Shown in pieces: positions 38,865 to 55,197 of a stretch of 64,000 nt of DNA. The stretch is from the human T2T-CHM13v2.0 reference genome, Homo sapiens: assembly GCF_009914755.1 (NCBI RefSeq), contig NC_060931.1. One strand, written 5' to 3'. The position numbers and the translations under genes are program-made. The notes under the pieces were generated by a model. That model was not told where the DNA came from. It saw only the letters and a program-made list of their open reading frames with translations, and made no database searches. Position 1 is the first letter of the stretch; every line of letters starts with the position of its first letter.

Positions 38865-41800
38865 TTAAAACATAATACTAGAGAAAATCACTTAACCACA
38901 AAGGAAGACAGGAGTTACAAAACAACTAGAAAACAAGTAACAAAATAGCAGCAGTAAGTCCTTAATAATAACACTGAAAGTAAAAGCACTAAATTCTCCA
39001 ATTAAAAGACAGAGAGTGGCTGAATAGATTTAACAACAAGACTTAAGTATATATTGCTTACAAGAAATTTACTTCACCTATAAAAGCCCAGATAGAATGA
39101 AAGTGAAGGGTTGGAAAAAGATATTCCATGGAAACAAACAAACAAAAAAGAGCAGGAGTAACTAAAGTGTATATCATATATTTGTATCAGATATAATAGA
39201 CTTTAAATCAAAAACTGTAAGAAGAAACAAGGATGGTCATTACATAATGATAAAGGTATCAATTCAGCAGGAGGATATACCCATAATAAACACATATGCA
39301 TTCAACAGTGGATCACCCAGATATATAAAACAAGTATTAAAATATCTAAAGGGAGAGACAGACTGTGATACAACAATAGTAAGGGACTTCAACACCCCTC
39401 TTTTGGCAATGGGTATATAATCAAGGCAGAAAATCAACAAAGAAACATTGGAGTTAAATTTTGCTGTAGACCAAGTGGACCTAACAGACATTTATAAAAC
39501 ATTGAAACCAACTGCTGCAGAATACATTTATCTCATCAATCCACAGGACATTCTCCAGAATAGACCATGTGTTAGGCCACACAACAAATCTCAACAAATT
39601 CAAAACAGTGAAGATCATATCAAGTATTTCTTCTGACCACAATGGAATAAAACTAGAAATCAATAACAAGAGGCACCTTGTAAACTGTACAGATACATGG
39701 AAATTACACAACATACTCCTGAATGACCAGTGGGCCAATGAAGAAACTAAGAAGGAAATTGTTAAAGAATTTGAAATAAATGAAAATGGAAATACAACAT
39801 ACCAAAATCTATGGGATACAGCAAAAGCAGTATTGAGGGTGAAGTTTATAGCCATAAGCACTTACATTAAAAAATGGAAAGACTTCAAATAAACAACCTA
39901 ACAGTGCACCTCAAGAAACTAGAAAAGAGGAAACCCCAAAGTAGTAGAAGGAAAGAAATAATAACGATCAGAGCAAAAAAAAAATGATATTAAGACTAAA
40001 AAGAAATATTTAAAAAAATCAATGAAACAAAAAGTTGTGTTTTTTTTGCAAAGATAAAATTGACAAACCTTTAGCTAGACTACAAAAAGAAGAGTGAAAA
40101 CCCAGATAAATAAATTAAAATATTACAAGGGATACCACAGAAATAGAAAAGATCATTAGAGACTACTATGGACAAATATATGCCAATAAATTGGAAAACT
40201 TAGAAGAAAAGGATAAATTCCTGGGCACATACAACTACCAAAGTTGAACCATGAAGATACAAAAGAACCTGACCATACCAATAATAGGTAATGAGATCAA
40301 AACAGTAGTAAAAACTCTTTAATTGAAGAAAATCCCAGGACATGATGAATTCACGGCTGAACTCTACCAACAATTTAATGAAGAACTAATACCAATTATT
40401 CTCAAACTATTTCAACAAATTTAAGAGGTGAGAATACTTCCAGACTCATTCTAGGAGGCCAGCATTACCCTGATACCAAAACCAGACAAGGTCACAACAA
40501 CAACAAAAGAAAACAATAGGCCAATATCACTGATAAATATAGATGCAAGAACACTCAACAAAATACTTGCAAATGGAATTCAACAACACATTAAAAAAAT
40601 CATTCACCAGGGATGCAAGGATGGTTCAACATATGTAAATGAATAAATGTAACACATTGCATTAACAAAACTGGGGATAAAACCATATGATAATTTCAAT
40701 AGATGTCAAAAAGCATTCAATAAAATTCAACATCTCTTCATGATAAAATCTATTGGATATAGAGAAACGTACCTCAACATGATAGAGGCCATATGTAACA
40801 AACACACAGCTAATGTCATACTTAATAGTGAAAAGTTGAGAGCCTTTCCACTAAGATCTGGGACAAGACAAGGATGCCCACTTTCTCTACTTCTATTCAA
40901 CATAGTACTGTAAGTCCTAGGCATAGCAAGTTAGGAAGATAAAGAAAGAAAGGGCATCAAAATTGGAAACGAAGAAGTCAAATTATCCTTTCTTGAAGAT
41001 GATATAATCTTACATTTAGAAACACCTACAGTCTCCACTAAAAACTCTTAGAAATGATGAACAAATTCAGTACAGTTGCAAAATACAAAATCAACATACA
41101 AAAGTCAGGAATATTTTTATGCACTGACAGTAATCAATTTGAAAAATAAATCAAGAAAACAGTCCAATTTACAACAGCTTACAAAAATAATAAAATACTT
41201 GGAACTCAATTTAACCAAAGAAGTAAAAGACTACAACAAGGAAAACTGTAAAACACTGATGAAATCAATTGAAGAGGACACCAAAAAATGAAAAGAAATC
41301 CCATACTCATGAATTAGAAGAATCAATATTGTTAAAATGTCTATGCTACCCAAAGCAATATACAGATTCAATGCAATCCCCATCAAAATACCAATGCCAT
41401 TTTCACATAAATAACAAAAATATCCTATAATTTGTGTGGAACCAAAAAAGATCCTGAACATGATACTGGCATAAAAACAGACATATAAACCAATGAAAAG
41501 AATAGAGAACCCAGAAATAAATCCATGCACTTACAGCCAACTCATTTTAGACAAACGCACCAAAACATACATTGAGGAAAGGATAGTCTCTTTAATACAT
41601 GGTGCTGGGGAAACTGTATATACGTATGCAGAAGAATGAAAATATATTCCCATCTTTCACCATGTGCAAAAGTCAAATCAAAATGGATTAAATTCTTAAA
41701 GGTAAGACCAAAAACTATGAAACTACTGAAAGCAAACATTGGGGAAACATTACAAAGACATTGGTATGGGCAAAGATGTTTTTGGGTTAGACCTCAAAAA

Positions 41801-41937
41801 CATGGGCAACAAAAGGAAAAATAGATAAATGGGATTACATCAAGCTAAAAAGCTTCTGCGCAGCAAAGGAAACAATCAACAAAGTGAAGAAACAACATAC
41901 AGAATGGGAAAAAATATTTGCAAACTACCAATCTGAC

Positions 41938-41977
41938 TATATATATATAGATATAGATATATAGATATAGATATATC
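41938..41977. repeat. (TA)/(TAGATA)n simple repeat
   Basis: Direct reading. Confidence 0.9.
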
Positions 41978-42211
41978 TCAGAATATATAAGAACCTTAAA
42001 CAAAATAGCAAAAAAACCAAATGACCTAACTAAAAATCACGCAAAAGACCTGAATAGACATTTCTTACAAGAAGACATAAAAATGGTACAAATGGCCAAA
42101 GGTATATGAAAAACTGCTCAACATCACTAATAATTAGGAAAATGCAATTCAAAAGCACAATAAAATATTATCTCACCCCAGTTAAAATGGCTATCATAAA
42201 AAAGACAAAAG

Positions 42212-42553
<342 letters not shown>

Positions 42554-44142
42554 CTATTGGTGGGAGTGTGAAGCCGTATAGCCATTATGGAGAACAGTGT
42601 GGAGATTCCTCTAAAACTTACAAATTGAACTATCATATGATCCAGCAATCCCACTTCTGTATATATATCTAAAAGAAGGGATATCAGTATATTGAAGAGA
42701 TACCCGCATTCTTATCTTTATTGCAGCAAAATTCACAATAGCCAAGATATGGAATCAACCTAAGTGGCCATTAACATATGAATGGATAAAGAAAATGTGG
42801 TCTATATACACAACGTAATTATTATTCAGCCATAAAAAAAGAATAAAATCCTATCATTTGCAGCAGGATGGATGGAACTGGAGGTCATTATGTTAAGTAA
42901 AATAAGCCAAGCACAGAAAGACAAATATTGCATCTTCTCACTCATATGTGGGAGCTAAAATAGTGAATCTCATGGAGGTAGAGAGTAGGGTGGTGCTGAC
43001 CAGAGGCCAGGGAGGGATGAAGGAAGGGAAGGCTGAAGAGAAGTTTGTTAAGGAGTATAAAAATACACTTAGATCAAAAGAATAAGATCTAGTGTCTGAT
43101 AGTACAATAGGGAAACTATAATAAACAATAATTATTATAGATTTCAAAATAGCTATGAGAGAAGAATTGTAATGTTCCCAAGATAAGTGTTTGAGGCGAT
43201 GGATAGTGAAATTACCCAGGTTTGATCATTATACATTATATATAGGTGTCAAAATATCACATGTACCCCAAAATATGTACAACTATTATATATCTGTAAA
43301 AAAGATTTAGAAGGTAAATAAATAATGAAGATAAGAACAGAAACAAAACATTTATAGATAGAATCAACAAAGCCAATGTTCATCAGTGAAAAAGACTAAC
43401 AAAATTGATAAGTCATTAGCAAGACTGATAAAGAGAGAAAAAAACAAGGCATATATAGCCAATATCAGTAATAATAAAATGGAAGAGCACTTCAGATCCT
43501 GGAGACAACAAAGAGATAAAAGAGGGATTTTATGAACAAGTTGATGCCAATACATCTGAAAAAATAGATGTAATTTTCAAGGAATTTTCAAATTCCTAAC
43601 AACATAATTTATTAAAACTGACCAAGAAGAAATAAAAAATTGAATTCACTTATATCTGTTAAATAAGTTCTCTACTAAAAGCCTTCCCAGAAAGAAAACT
43701 TGATTCTCAGATGGCTTCACTGGTGAATTCTTCTAAATATGTAAGGAAGAACTAATATTAATCTTATGTACAACCTTTCAGGGAATTAGAAACATACGAC
43801 ATACTTCTTAACATATTATATAAGGCCAAAATACATTGATATTAAAACCTGATAAAGACAAGAGAAGAAAATTGTAGGCAAATCTATCTTGTGAACTAGA
43901 TGAAAATATCCTAAACAAAATATTAACAGATGAATCCAACAATATTTAAAAGGATAAAGCATTATGACTGATCAGATTTATTCCAGGAATTAAAGGTTAA
44001 CATTTGAAAATCAATATAATTCATTACATTAACAGAATAAAGGAGAAGAATCACAAAATCATCTTAATCAATGCACAAACAGCATTTGAAAAACTCAACA
44101 TCTGTTTATGAGTAAAAACTATTAGCATAATATGGATAGAAG

Positions 44143-44612
44143 TTGTAGTTTCCTATGGCTGCTGTGACAAATAACCAGACTAGGTGGCTTAAAAGTATAC
44201 ATTTATTATTTTACAGGTTCTGTAGGCCAGAAGTCCAAAATGAGTTTCACCAGGCCTAAATCAAGTCAGCAGGCTGCACTCCCACCATAGTCCCTAGGGG
44301 AAAGACCACTCTTTGCTTCTTTTAGCTTCTGGTGGCTGTTGGCATTTCTTGGCTTGTGCTCACATCCCTTCAATCTTAGCCTCTGTGGTCATATTGCCTT
44401 CTTCTCTGTAAATCTCTCTTTGCCTGTCTTTTATACAGATACTCTTGATTTATTGCATTTAGGGTCTATCCAAATAACCTAGAATAATCTCCCCATCTCA
44501 AGATCTTTAACTTAATCACATTTGCAAAGACCCGTTATCTGTGTTAAGGTGACAGTTAGAGGTTCCAGAGATTAGGACCTGATATTTTTTGGGGCCATTA
44601 CTCAGCCTACCA
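44143..44612 (-). mobile_element. MLT1C/D-like MaLR LTR
   Basis: tagtttcctatggctgctgtgacaaa...ggggccattactcagcctacca. Confidence 0.8.
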
Positions 44613-45767
44613 TTGAAGGCAACATTATTAGTCTGATAAAGGGTGTTATAAAACTTCGATAGTAAGTACCACATTCAAGGAGGAAATATTGGAAAGGTTT
44701 TCTTTGAGAATGGGAAAAAGGAACTGATACCTGGGGTTACGATTTATATTCAAAAGGGAATGTAAAGCAAGAATGATAAGAATAGAAGAAATAAGATTGT
44801 CATTATTCATAGATGATATTGTGCATGCAGAAAATCCAAAATAATATACAGATCAACTATCAGAATTAATAAGTGAACATAGCAGGTCATTAGATACAAG
44901 ATGAAGCCACAAAAATTAGTCCTATTTCTGTATGACAGAAATATGAAAGTTAGAAAAATTTCAAACAATTCTATTTACAACATAAAAATCCACTACAGAG
45001 GAATGAAAGTGAAGTTGTGCAAGATTTCTACACAGAAAACTATAAAATGTCATTGAACATGATATTTTATTTAAAAAAATGATAGGATATACTAAATTAG
45101 TGGAATGATGGACTAAGTGTGGTAACAATATCAGTTGCTCCCTCATCTTTATAGACTCAGAGTGATTTCAACCAAAATCACATTCTTTTTGTGGATATTG
45201 ACATGCTAATTCTAAAATTTTAATGGACATTTCAAAGGCCAAGGACAGTAACACACTCATGAAGAAGGAGAACAAAGTTGGAAGAGTTTATTAGATACAC
45301 TCTATATAGTAACTAAGACTACAATAATTGGTGTGGCATTGGTGGTTGTGTAAATACATAGGTCAGTGGAACAGACGAAAAGGTCCAGACACAGACCCAC
45401 ACCTATGTGGGCACCTGATTTATAACAAGCTTTGTGCTGCAGTTTGGTGAGAAGGAATGGTTCTTCCAGTCACTGATGCAGAGTTAGCTAGATAACTGTA
45501 TAGAAAAAAGGTTTAGACTTTCACTCTGTACAATAAAATTGATTCCTAATAGATTGTAGCTTGAATATAAAAAATAAAACAATGTGCTCCTGGAAGAAAG
45601 CATAAAATAATATCCTTGTGTCCTGGTGTAAAGGTAAAGATTTACTAAAGAGAACATAAAAAACACTAAACATAAATGAAAAGATTGATTCATGAGACCA
45701 TTATAATTAAGAATTCTGGTCATTAAAGGACACCACTCAGAAAGCTAAAGGTCAAAGAAGATATTTG

Positions 45768-46123
<356 letters not shown>

Positions 46124-46694
46124 CTACAAGCCATTAAGAAAAACGACAGAAAACCCAATAGAAAAATGAGACTGGAATAGAAAAATCATATCCAAATGGC
46201 CCATAAATTGGTACACACAACCACTTTGGAAAATTGTATTTTATTAACTACCAAAACAGAACAATTGCATATCTATGATCCAGCAATTCTACTACTAGGC
46301 ATATATTTAATAGAAATGTGTACATGTGTTTCTCAAAGACACATATGAACACATTAATAGCTGCTATGAATAGCCTTAATATTCCTAATAGCCACAAGTT
46401 GGCAACAACCCAAACACTCTTCAACAGGATGTTAGGTGAATAAGTCATGATGCATTTGCATAGTAGGATACTATACAGCAAACAAAATGAGTCAACCATT
46501 CTTACATACATTAGTATGGCTGGATATCACAAAAATAATATGAGGAAAAAGATACATAAAATTCAAAAATAGTGTTAGAAGTTAGAACAGTGGTTACTTT
46601 AGGAGAGAGAGATTATAAATGGGAGGAGGCACAAGAGTGGTTTCTGGGGTGCTGGTAATGGTTTTTCTGTTTTTAGTTTTAAAAATAATTTTTA

Positions 46695-47005
46695 GACCAG
46701 GTGCAATGGCTTATACTTGTAATCCCTACACTTTGGGATGCTGAGATGGGAGGATAGCTAAAGCTCAGGAATTTGAGACCAGCCTGTGCAAGATGGTCAG
46801 CCCTCGTCTCTACAAAATTTTTAAAAATTTAGCCAGGCATGGTGATGTGTACCTATAGTCTCAGCTACTCACGAGGCTGAGACAGGAGGATTGTTTGAGC
46901 TAGGAGGTCAAGGCTGCAGTGAGATGTGACCACTCCACTGCATTCTAGCCTAGGCAACAGAACAAGACCCTGTCTCGAAAACATAAATAAAAACAAATAA
47001 AAATA
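46695..47005 (+). mobile_element. AluJ
   Basis: Diverged dimer with gaggtcaaggctgcagtgag. Confidence 0.88.
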
Positions 47006-47009
47006 CAAT

Positions 47010-48250
47010 TTTTTATTTTTATTTTGAAAATCTTAAACCTGTAGAAAAGTTATAAAAATAGTATAACGAAAATCCTTACACTTTTTACCAGGATCACCAA
47101 TTGTTAACATTTTGCTACATTTGCTATTTCTCTTTCTTTCTATATACACACGTGTGTGTGTACATATAGATATACATATGTTTTTTCTGAATCATTTGAA
47201 AGTTAGTTGGAGAAATCCTGGAACCCCTAAATATTTCTACATATATCTTCTAAGAACAAAGGCATTCTCCTATATAATCACAATATACTCAGAAAGTTTA
47301 TGAATTACACAATCAGCTGTTATGCAATGCACATTCTATATTTCTTAATTATCCCAATAATATCATTGACAGTCTTTTATTTCTAATGCAGGACCCAATC
47401 AACGCTTTTGTTTGTATATGGTTTCCATGCATTTTAAGATCACTTTAATCTAGACTAGTTCTCTAGACTTCTGTTTTCTTTCACGATGTTGACATTTTTG
47501 AGGAGCCTGAGCCAGCTGTTTTGCAGAATGTCCCTGTATTCAATATCTATACAGCAGCATGACTGGATCTCACAAACATAAAAGTATGTAAAGTCAAAAA
47601 TAGGCCCAAAATATGCTAAAATTAGTATATTGGTTTCTTTGGAGAGGATTTGTCTAATTGTTTTCTCATTATTTAAATAAAGTTCAATATTTTGGTAAAA
47701 TTACTACAGAGGTGGGGTTGTGCTCTTCTCAGTGTATCACATCAGGAGGCAAGGAAGTCAGTTTGTCCCATGACTGGTGGAGTTGAATTTGATTATTTAA
47801 CTTAAATGGTGTTTGACATATTTTTAAAAATTCTGTTCTCCAACAATATTCAACTAACAAATTTAGCATCTGATAATGATTGTTACCCAAATCAATTACT
47901 ACAATGATGTTTATAAAATGATGTTTTATATTTCCATCATTCCATCTATATTTGTTAGTTAATTTTTTTGGTAAGGAAGAGATTTTCTCTCTTTACATTA
48001 AATAAAAAAATAAATTTACTAATATGGATTCACAGACTCTTTAATGAGCTATAAAATATTCCTATCTTTATTTGTTGCAATGCTTAAATTGCCCTAAATT
48101 TAGCTAGGAGTGAGTCTCTTCAGGCTGGCTCCTGTGTTCTGTTGACATAACTCTATCAGTTTTTAAGCACTTTCTTCTGGCACAAGATGTTCCATTGTTT
48201 ACCTTTTAGGTTTCCTGTCCAGCCCTGGAATCAGACATTTCTTCAGGAGT
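47010..48250 (-). mobile_element. L1MC4/5-type 3' region
   Basis: T-rich; aaacctgtagaaaagtt..aaaaatagta and caggctggctcctgtgttc..ttgacat motifs. Appears to continue beyond the provirus at ~57540-57900. Confidence 0.6.
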
Positions 48251-48261
48251 TCCTGACTTCC

Positions 48262-48676
48262 CTTTCTTTCTTTCTCTTTCTTTCTTTTTCTTTCTCTTTT
48301 CTTTTTTCTTTCTTTTTTTCTTTTCTTTCTCCTTCCTTCCTTCCTTTCTTTTCTTTTTCTTTCTTTTCTTTCTTTCTCTCTCTTTTCTTTTTTTTTTTTC
48401 AGAGTCTCGCTCTGTCACCCAGGCTGAAGTGCAGTGGCGTGATCTCGGCTCACTGCAAGCTCCACCTCCCGGGTTCACGCCTCTGCCTCCCGAGTAGCTG
48501 GGACTACAGGTGCCCGCCACCACACCCGGCTAATTTTTATTTATTTATTTATTTTTTTAGTAGAGACAGGTTTTCACCATGTTAGCCAGGATGGTCTTGA
48601 TCTCCTGACCTCGTGATCCACCTGCCTTGGCCTCCCAAAGTGCTGGGATTACAGGCGTGAGCCACCACGTCTGGTC
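48262..48676 (-). mobile_element. AluY/S with an expanded ~140 bp (CT/CTTT) tail
   Basis: Alu body at 48400-48676; pure pyrimidine tract at 48262-48399; flanks tcctgacttcc/tcctgattcc. Confidence 0.9.
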
Positions 48677-48780
48677 TCCTGATTCCTCTTAAGGGAATTT
48701 AATTCTAAATTATGGGCATTAAGAGTGCTCAATGCAACTAAATGATTGTTTCTGGTCCCTTTCAGAAGGCAGTTATGAAA

Positions 48781-48784
<4 letters not shown>

Positions 48785-48812
<28 letters not shown>
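48785..48812. repeat. (TG)14 microsatellite
   Basis: Direct reading. Confidence 0.95.
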
Positions 48813-48814
<2 letters not shown>

Positions 48815-48971
48815 TTACACCACTACTTACAATGTCAGTCCAACACTGTGGTACTTCCTTGCCTCCCTCTGAGAGAGGAGAAAGGAAAAAAACCCAGTTG
48901 AGCTGACAGTTAAGGCAGGTACTAAGTAGAATTTTTTCAAACAGAGAAACAGCCTGAAAAATAAAGCTGCA

Positions 48972-49270
48972 GGCCAGGCGTGGTGGATCATGCTTGTAAT
49001 CCCAGCACTCTGGGAGGCCAAGGCAGGCGGATCACAAGGTCAGGAGATCAAGACCATCCTGGCTAGCATGGTGAAACCCTGTCTCTACTGAAAATACAAA
49101 AAAATTAGCCAGATGTGGCGGGTGCCTGTAGTCCCAGCTATTCAGGAGGCTAAGGCAGGAGAATGGCGTGAACCTGGGAGGCAGAGCTTGCAGTGAGCTG
49201 AGATTGCACCACTGCACTCCAGCCTGGGCAGCAGAGTGAGACTCCGTCTCAAAAAAAAAAAAAAAAAAAA
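48972..49270 (+). mobile_element. AluY-like inserted in the 5' LTR
   Basis: Full dimer, long polyA; TSD aaaaat(a/c)aagctgca; absent from the 3' LTR. Confidence 0.93.
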
Positions 49271-52200
49271 AAAAATCAAGCTGCAGCTGCACAGATATGG
49301 GAGCAAGCCCCAATAAAGAAATGCCTTTGTTCTTTGTATGATCAACAGGCTCCCAAGAAAAGGTTTCCTCCCTTTCTATGAACATGCAAATGGTGGGCTC
49401 CGTGGAAACTTGCATGTTGGGGGAGGCTTACCTGAGACATGCTGCAGCTGCACAGATAAGGGCAGTTACACAGACAGCTACACAGATAGGGAAAGTTTCT
49501 TAAAAAACCCTTTGTATTCAACTGAAAAAATGGCAATGCTTCTGGGCCCCCTGCTGTGGAGAGCTTTCCTCTTTTGCTTATTAAACTTTTGCTCCAACCT
49601 CACCCTTGGTGTCCACACTCCTTAATGTTCTTGGTTGTGAGACAAAGAGCTTGGGTAATACCTCAGACAACAAGACTGCAACACTGTGGCGTGTTGGCCA
49701 GGAAACGACATATTGGAATGGTGAGCAGGAGCTGACCTCCAACTCTTTACTTTCATTTCTGAGACTTCTCATTCTCAGTTTTTAAAAATTAAACAAAACA
49801 CTGGAACCCTGTCAGCCAGTTAAAGATGAATAATGTGGCTGCCAGCCTTACAAGACTAAGGGGACAGACATGCTGGAGAGGACTTTGTCAATCCCCGATC
49901 ACCCTCAGGTAGTGGGAATGTTGGCTCTGTTCCAATCCAGTTTCCTTTCATGGAGGGCCTAGCAATTGCGTGGGGCTGGAAGGAGGTCCTGGGGCAACTG
50001 AAGGTTTCTTGCCAAGGCTACACCTCAGTGTTACCTGAAGGCCCCTGGACTAACTCCAGTCCTCAGCAGGCCATCAGGGTATTGGCACCAGGACTTCCAG
50101 ATTTTCTTATCACATTTTCTTCCTTTCTTTTTTGTAGCTTTCATGTCTCCTATCCCTTTTTTGTATGCTATATTAAGGGAGTTTTTACAGCCTGGGGAGA
50201 TAATCTTGTTGGGTAAAGTTAGCAAATGTCTTAGTAACCAGGAATGTAACTCAAAGAATTGCTGCTTCTGTGATTTTCTTGGGATGGGGTGATTTCAAGA
50301 TTTCAGTCTAAAAGTAAGGGCCTTTTTGTCAACCAGTGGTAGTCATTCATCGCACTGTATAGGGGGATATTTCACCCTGAGTGAATACTCTTTTCTCCAT
50401 TTGGGTTGTTTTTTTTCCTCCATGTAAGAACTCAGCACTGCCCAATGAATTCAAAAAGTTCCTCCATGAGACAAATCAATTTTTTTCCTGCCAGTAGGCA
50501 TATTGTGGGGACAGCCTACCAAGCCTCACACCTCTCTAACCTCTGCCTGGAAATAATTTGGAGTCAAAGTTTTAACCAAACATTTCAGTCTCTGCCATGC
50601 CACCTAGTGAAATGGAATTTTTCTTCATAGGGGGATTTATCGTCCCTTTGTCCCAAACCTCTAGTTCCCCAAATCCTTTCCCTCCTGCATCCCTCTATCA
50701 GTAGTCAGACCCCATGCCCTATTTATAGGCAGGTAAACTCCACTTTCAATAGTTGGGAGGAAACCACCCTAAAGAGACAAATTCTAGCTTAGTACTGTCC
50801 CCATAGAAGGCATGACAGCCATTTAATCCTTATGTTCTTTTGAGACACCTGTTCTACATCCAGCTACATTGCCATTTAAACAAAAGGGATTTTATGCTTA
50901 GAAATCCATTGGTTCCATTCTCTGTGAATTCAGTAGTCCATCAGAGCCATAGTAAGAGAAGCCAGGTATAGAGTCAGGACACTCCCTCCATTAAAGGGTC
51001 TTGCCCAAATCCAGTTACTGCACAATCTCTCCTGGGCTCATGGGGTACCTTGGAAGCCTTTTGGGTCGAGTAGGTTTGGGAAACCCAGAGACAGACAGAG
51101 AGCTAAGGCATCAAGTAGGTAAGCATGACTACTCCTGCTGACTAGCTCTTACAGATCGATGGGCGAAGGTCATGCTTGCATCAATGGGCAGCACCTATGA
51201 TGGTTGCTGGGACCCAGAGGAGACAAAAGGAAAGAGGAGAAGGGAGACACCCTTTCTATCTTCCTCTCTACCCTGGGTCACTCTAATGGGAGGGAGAAGA
51301 CTAAGGGACACCTTTCCCCCCCTCCCTTTCTAGATCTTCAAGCCTTCACTCCACTTGAGTGTAGCCTGGATCTCCTCTAACCCTCAGACCCTGAAGTTCG
51401 CTCTGGGAAAGCCCCAAATTCACTCATGTTATAGAGGTCTTCTAGGATTTAACCCAAGTATTTACACTCTCCTGGAAGGATGTTATATTACTCTAAATCA
51501 AACCCTAACTGCTGCTGTGAAACAGGAAGCCCTGCAAGCAACAGAGAAATTTGGAGATAAACTTTCTGTCTCATACAGTGCCAGGGAAGGGGAAGAGCCT
51601 TAATCAATTGGGAGAGTAGTAATGCCTTTGGAGGACCCTCAATGGGACCATGATAATAGCATCAGAGATGGAGAGGGAAGTTCTTTCAAATGTGTATTTT
51701 GGAAGACTTGCAAAAGACTAGAGCCAAACCTATTAACTACCTCAAGCTTTCCATAATAGATCAAAACTAGATGAAAATCCCTCAGCCTGTCTGGAAAAGC
51801 TGAGAGAAACGTTAGTGAAACATACCGCCCTGTCTCCCAATTCAACTGAAGGACACCTAATCTTAAATAACATATTTATTACTCAGGCAGCCCCTGATAT
51901 CACAAGGAAATTGCAAAAACAGGCCCTGTCCAAAGATCTCTCTGATTTTTCTGACCGTCAAGTTGAAGTGTTGCAGTATGTCAATAACATTCTCCTCTGT
52001 GCCCCAACCAAGAAAGTCTCAGGAAGGCACTGAGGCTGTCCTCAATTTCTTAGCTAAAAGGAGATATAGGGTTTCAATATCTAAGACTCAGATTTCAGTA
52101 AAGTACCTAGGACTAGTCTTATCAGAAGGGACCAGAGCACTAGGTGAGGAAAAGATTAGGCCCATTTTCTCCTTTCCCCTACCCCAAATTCTTAAACACC

Positions 52201-53052
52201 TGAGGGGATTCTTAGGCATTACTGGATTTTGCAAACTATGGATACCTGGGTATGGTGAGATAGCTCACCTTTTATACTGTCTTATAAAAGAAACTGAAGC
52301 AGCTGAGATTCACTACCTGACTTGGAAACTTGGGGCTAAAGAAGACTTTAACCAGTTAAAACAAACCTTAGGTAAACCATCAGCCCACAGTCTTCCCATA
52401 GGGAAGGCATTCGGTCTCTGTGTATCAAAAAGGAAGGGAATGGCCATGGAAGTTTTGACTCAGGCTCAAGGTCCAGCTTAACAGCCAGTAGGTTACCTAA
52501 GCAAGGATCTAGACTTGGTGGCTAAAGGATGGCCAGCCTGCTTCTGAGCAGTTGCTGTGGTGGCTTTGCTGGTGCCAGAAGTCACCAAGTTAACCATTGG
52601 GAATAAATGTATATACCCAACATAATGTGGTTAGAATTGCTGTTCTCTAAGGGAAGTCTCTGGCTAACAAATAATTGCCTCCTCAAATATCAGGCTCTGC
52701 TATTAGAGGGATCACAGTCCAGTTAAAAACCTGTCCTTGTCTGAACCCAGCCACTTTCCTCCCAAAGGAAACTGGAGAACCTGAACATGACTGTGAACAG
52801 GTAGTGGTGCAAACTTATGCAGCCAAGGAGGACCTCAAAGAAACTCCCCTAGAAAATCCAGAAGCTGGACATGCCAGCAAAAGGATAAAAGTTTTTTTTT
52901 TTTTTTTAACCAGTCGGACTTTTGTCTTCTTTCTCCCTGTGCAAACTGGTAAAAGGAGAGATAAGGATCACTGTTTATATTCTCTGCAAAGTTTTAATTA
53001 ATGAAAAAGGATGTTCTTAAAGAGTACTCAGCTTAATTAAAAGTGGATATCC

Positions 53053-53654
<602 letters not shown>

Positions 53655-54855
53655 GGGCTTTATGTTTTTTTCTTCTTGGATCTTGTTTTTCTGGAAAGGT
53701 TTTCTTTTCTTCTTTTTTTTTCCCTCAGTCAACTAAATTACTTTTCTCCACTGTTTCTTGCCACTCTTAATGCATGCATAAAAAGCCCTAGGACAACTTC
53801 TAATGGCCTGGGACTCCTTGGAAAAAAGAAAAGACGCCATGGATTCCATTTTGGGAGAAATCTCTATTTTCCTCATGGAACACCAGGAATTGGAGGTAAA
53901 TAGATTCCTCTCAAAATCTGTTTTTGTATACCAGGTATGCCTGTTTATTAGGCCCTAGAAACTGCATGATTTCCTAGCCCTTCTCTTTAAGGGCTTCACC
54001 CTGAGGCTGGTAATCTAATATGGAGATTGATAAACAAACAAACAAAAAACCCTTATAACTGCTGCATCTTCTGTCTGTCTGTGTAGTCATATGTATTATG
54101 TGTATAATGTTTATATTTAAAAAGCTCTAATCAATTGGCTTAAAAAATAAGCACTTAGATCAAATATTTTTTGAAGGAAAAATAAAAGCTATAATGCATT
54201 TAGTTATGTCACTTTAATCTTTAAGAAATAAGACCAGTCTTAAAGACTATTAGTAAAATACAAATGTCTTCATATGTAAATATGTGGTTTAAATTATGCA
54301 GGTCAGATACTAGGTTTGCTAAATGTTTTAAGGTTGTAAACTGCTTCTTTGGTCTTTGAGAACTATTTGACTTGGCTGCTTCACAATTAATAAGCCCTGG
54401 GTACATATCAAATTTACCATGCCCTTAACTATGCTGGAAGGGGTCAGACTTTATCTGTGCCTAGTATATAATTAAAACAACTTACCAGGTTTTACATTAA
54501 AGTTAAAAATTGCTAAGAGTTACCATTATAACATGTAATTAAGATTACTGAAAATAGATTTACATGCAATGTATGTAAAAACAGTAAACTGTTTTTTAGT
54601 AAAAGATTATAAGAAGGCATGGAAATGTAAATTTCTGTCTAGGGTTAAAGGGTTGTTTTAGATTACAGTCATCATTTTGACTAAAATAAATAGCTTATAG
54701 TCATCTGGAATTGTATTTTGTAATGTCAAGTGCTTTGAACCTCTAACATATTTAACAGGCTTCCCAAAATCAAACTTCAGTTTCAAGGTTGTCTTTTCTA
54801 ACCCCTAGCTTTTGGATGCTACAGAGGGCCCCTGGAGCACCTAACAGGGAGGTAA

Positions 54856-55197
<342 letters not shown>

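Noticed and set aside
49687-49704. tRNA gene
   Set aside because: Only an 18-nt complement of a tRNA 3' end next to an LTR, i.e. a PBS; no cloverleaf or A/B boxes.
51355-53001. gag/pol ORFs as a domesticated retroviral gene
   Set aside because: Multiple stops and frameshifts, catalytic YVDD lost, longest piece 172 aa.
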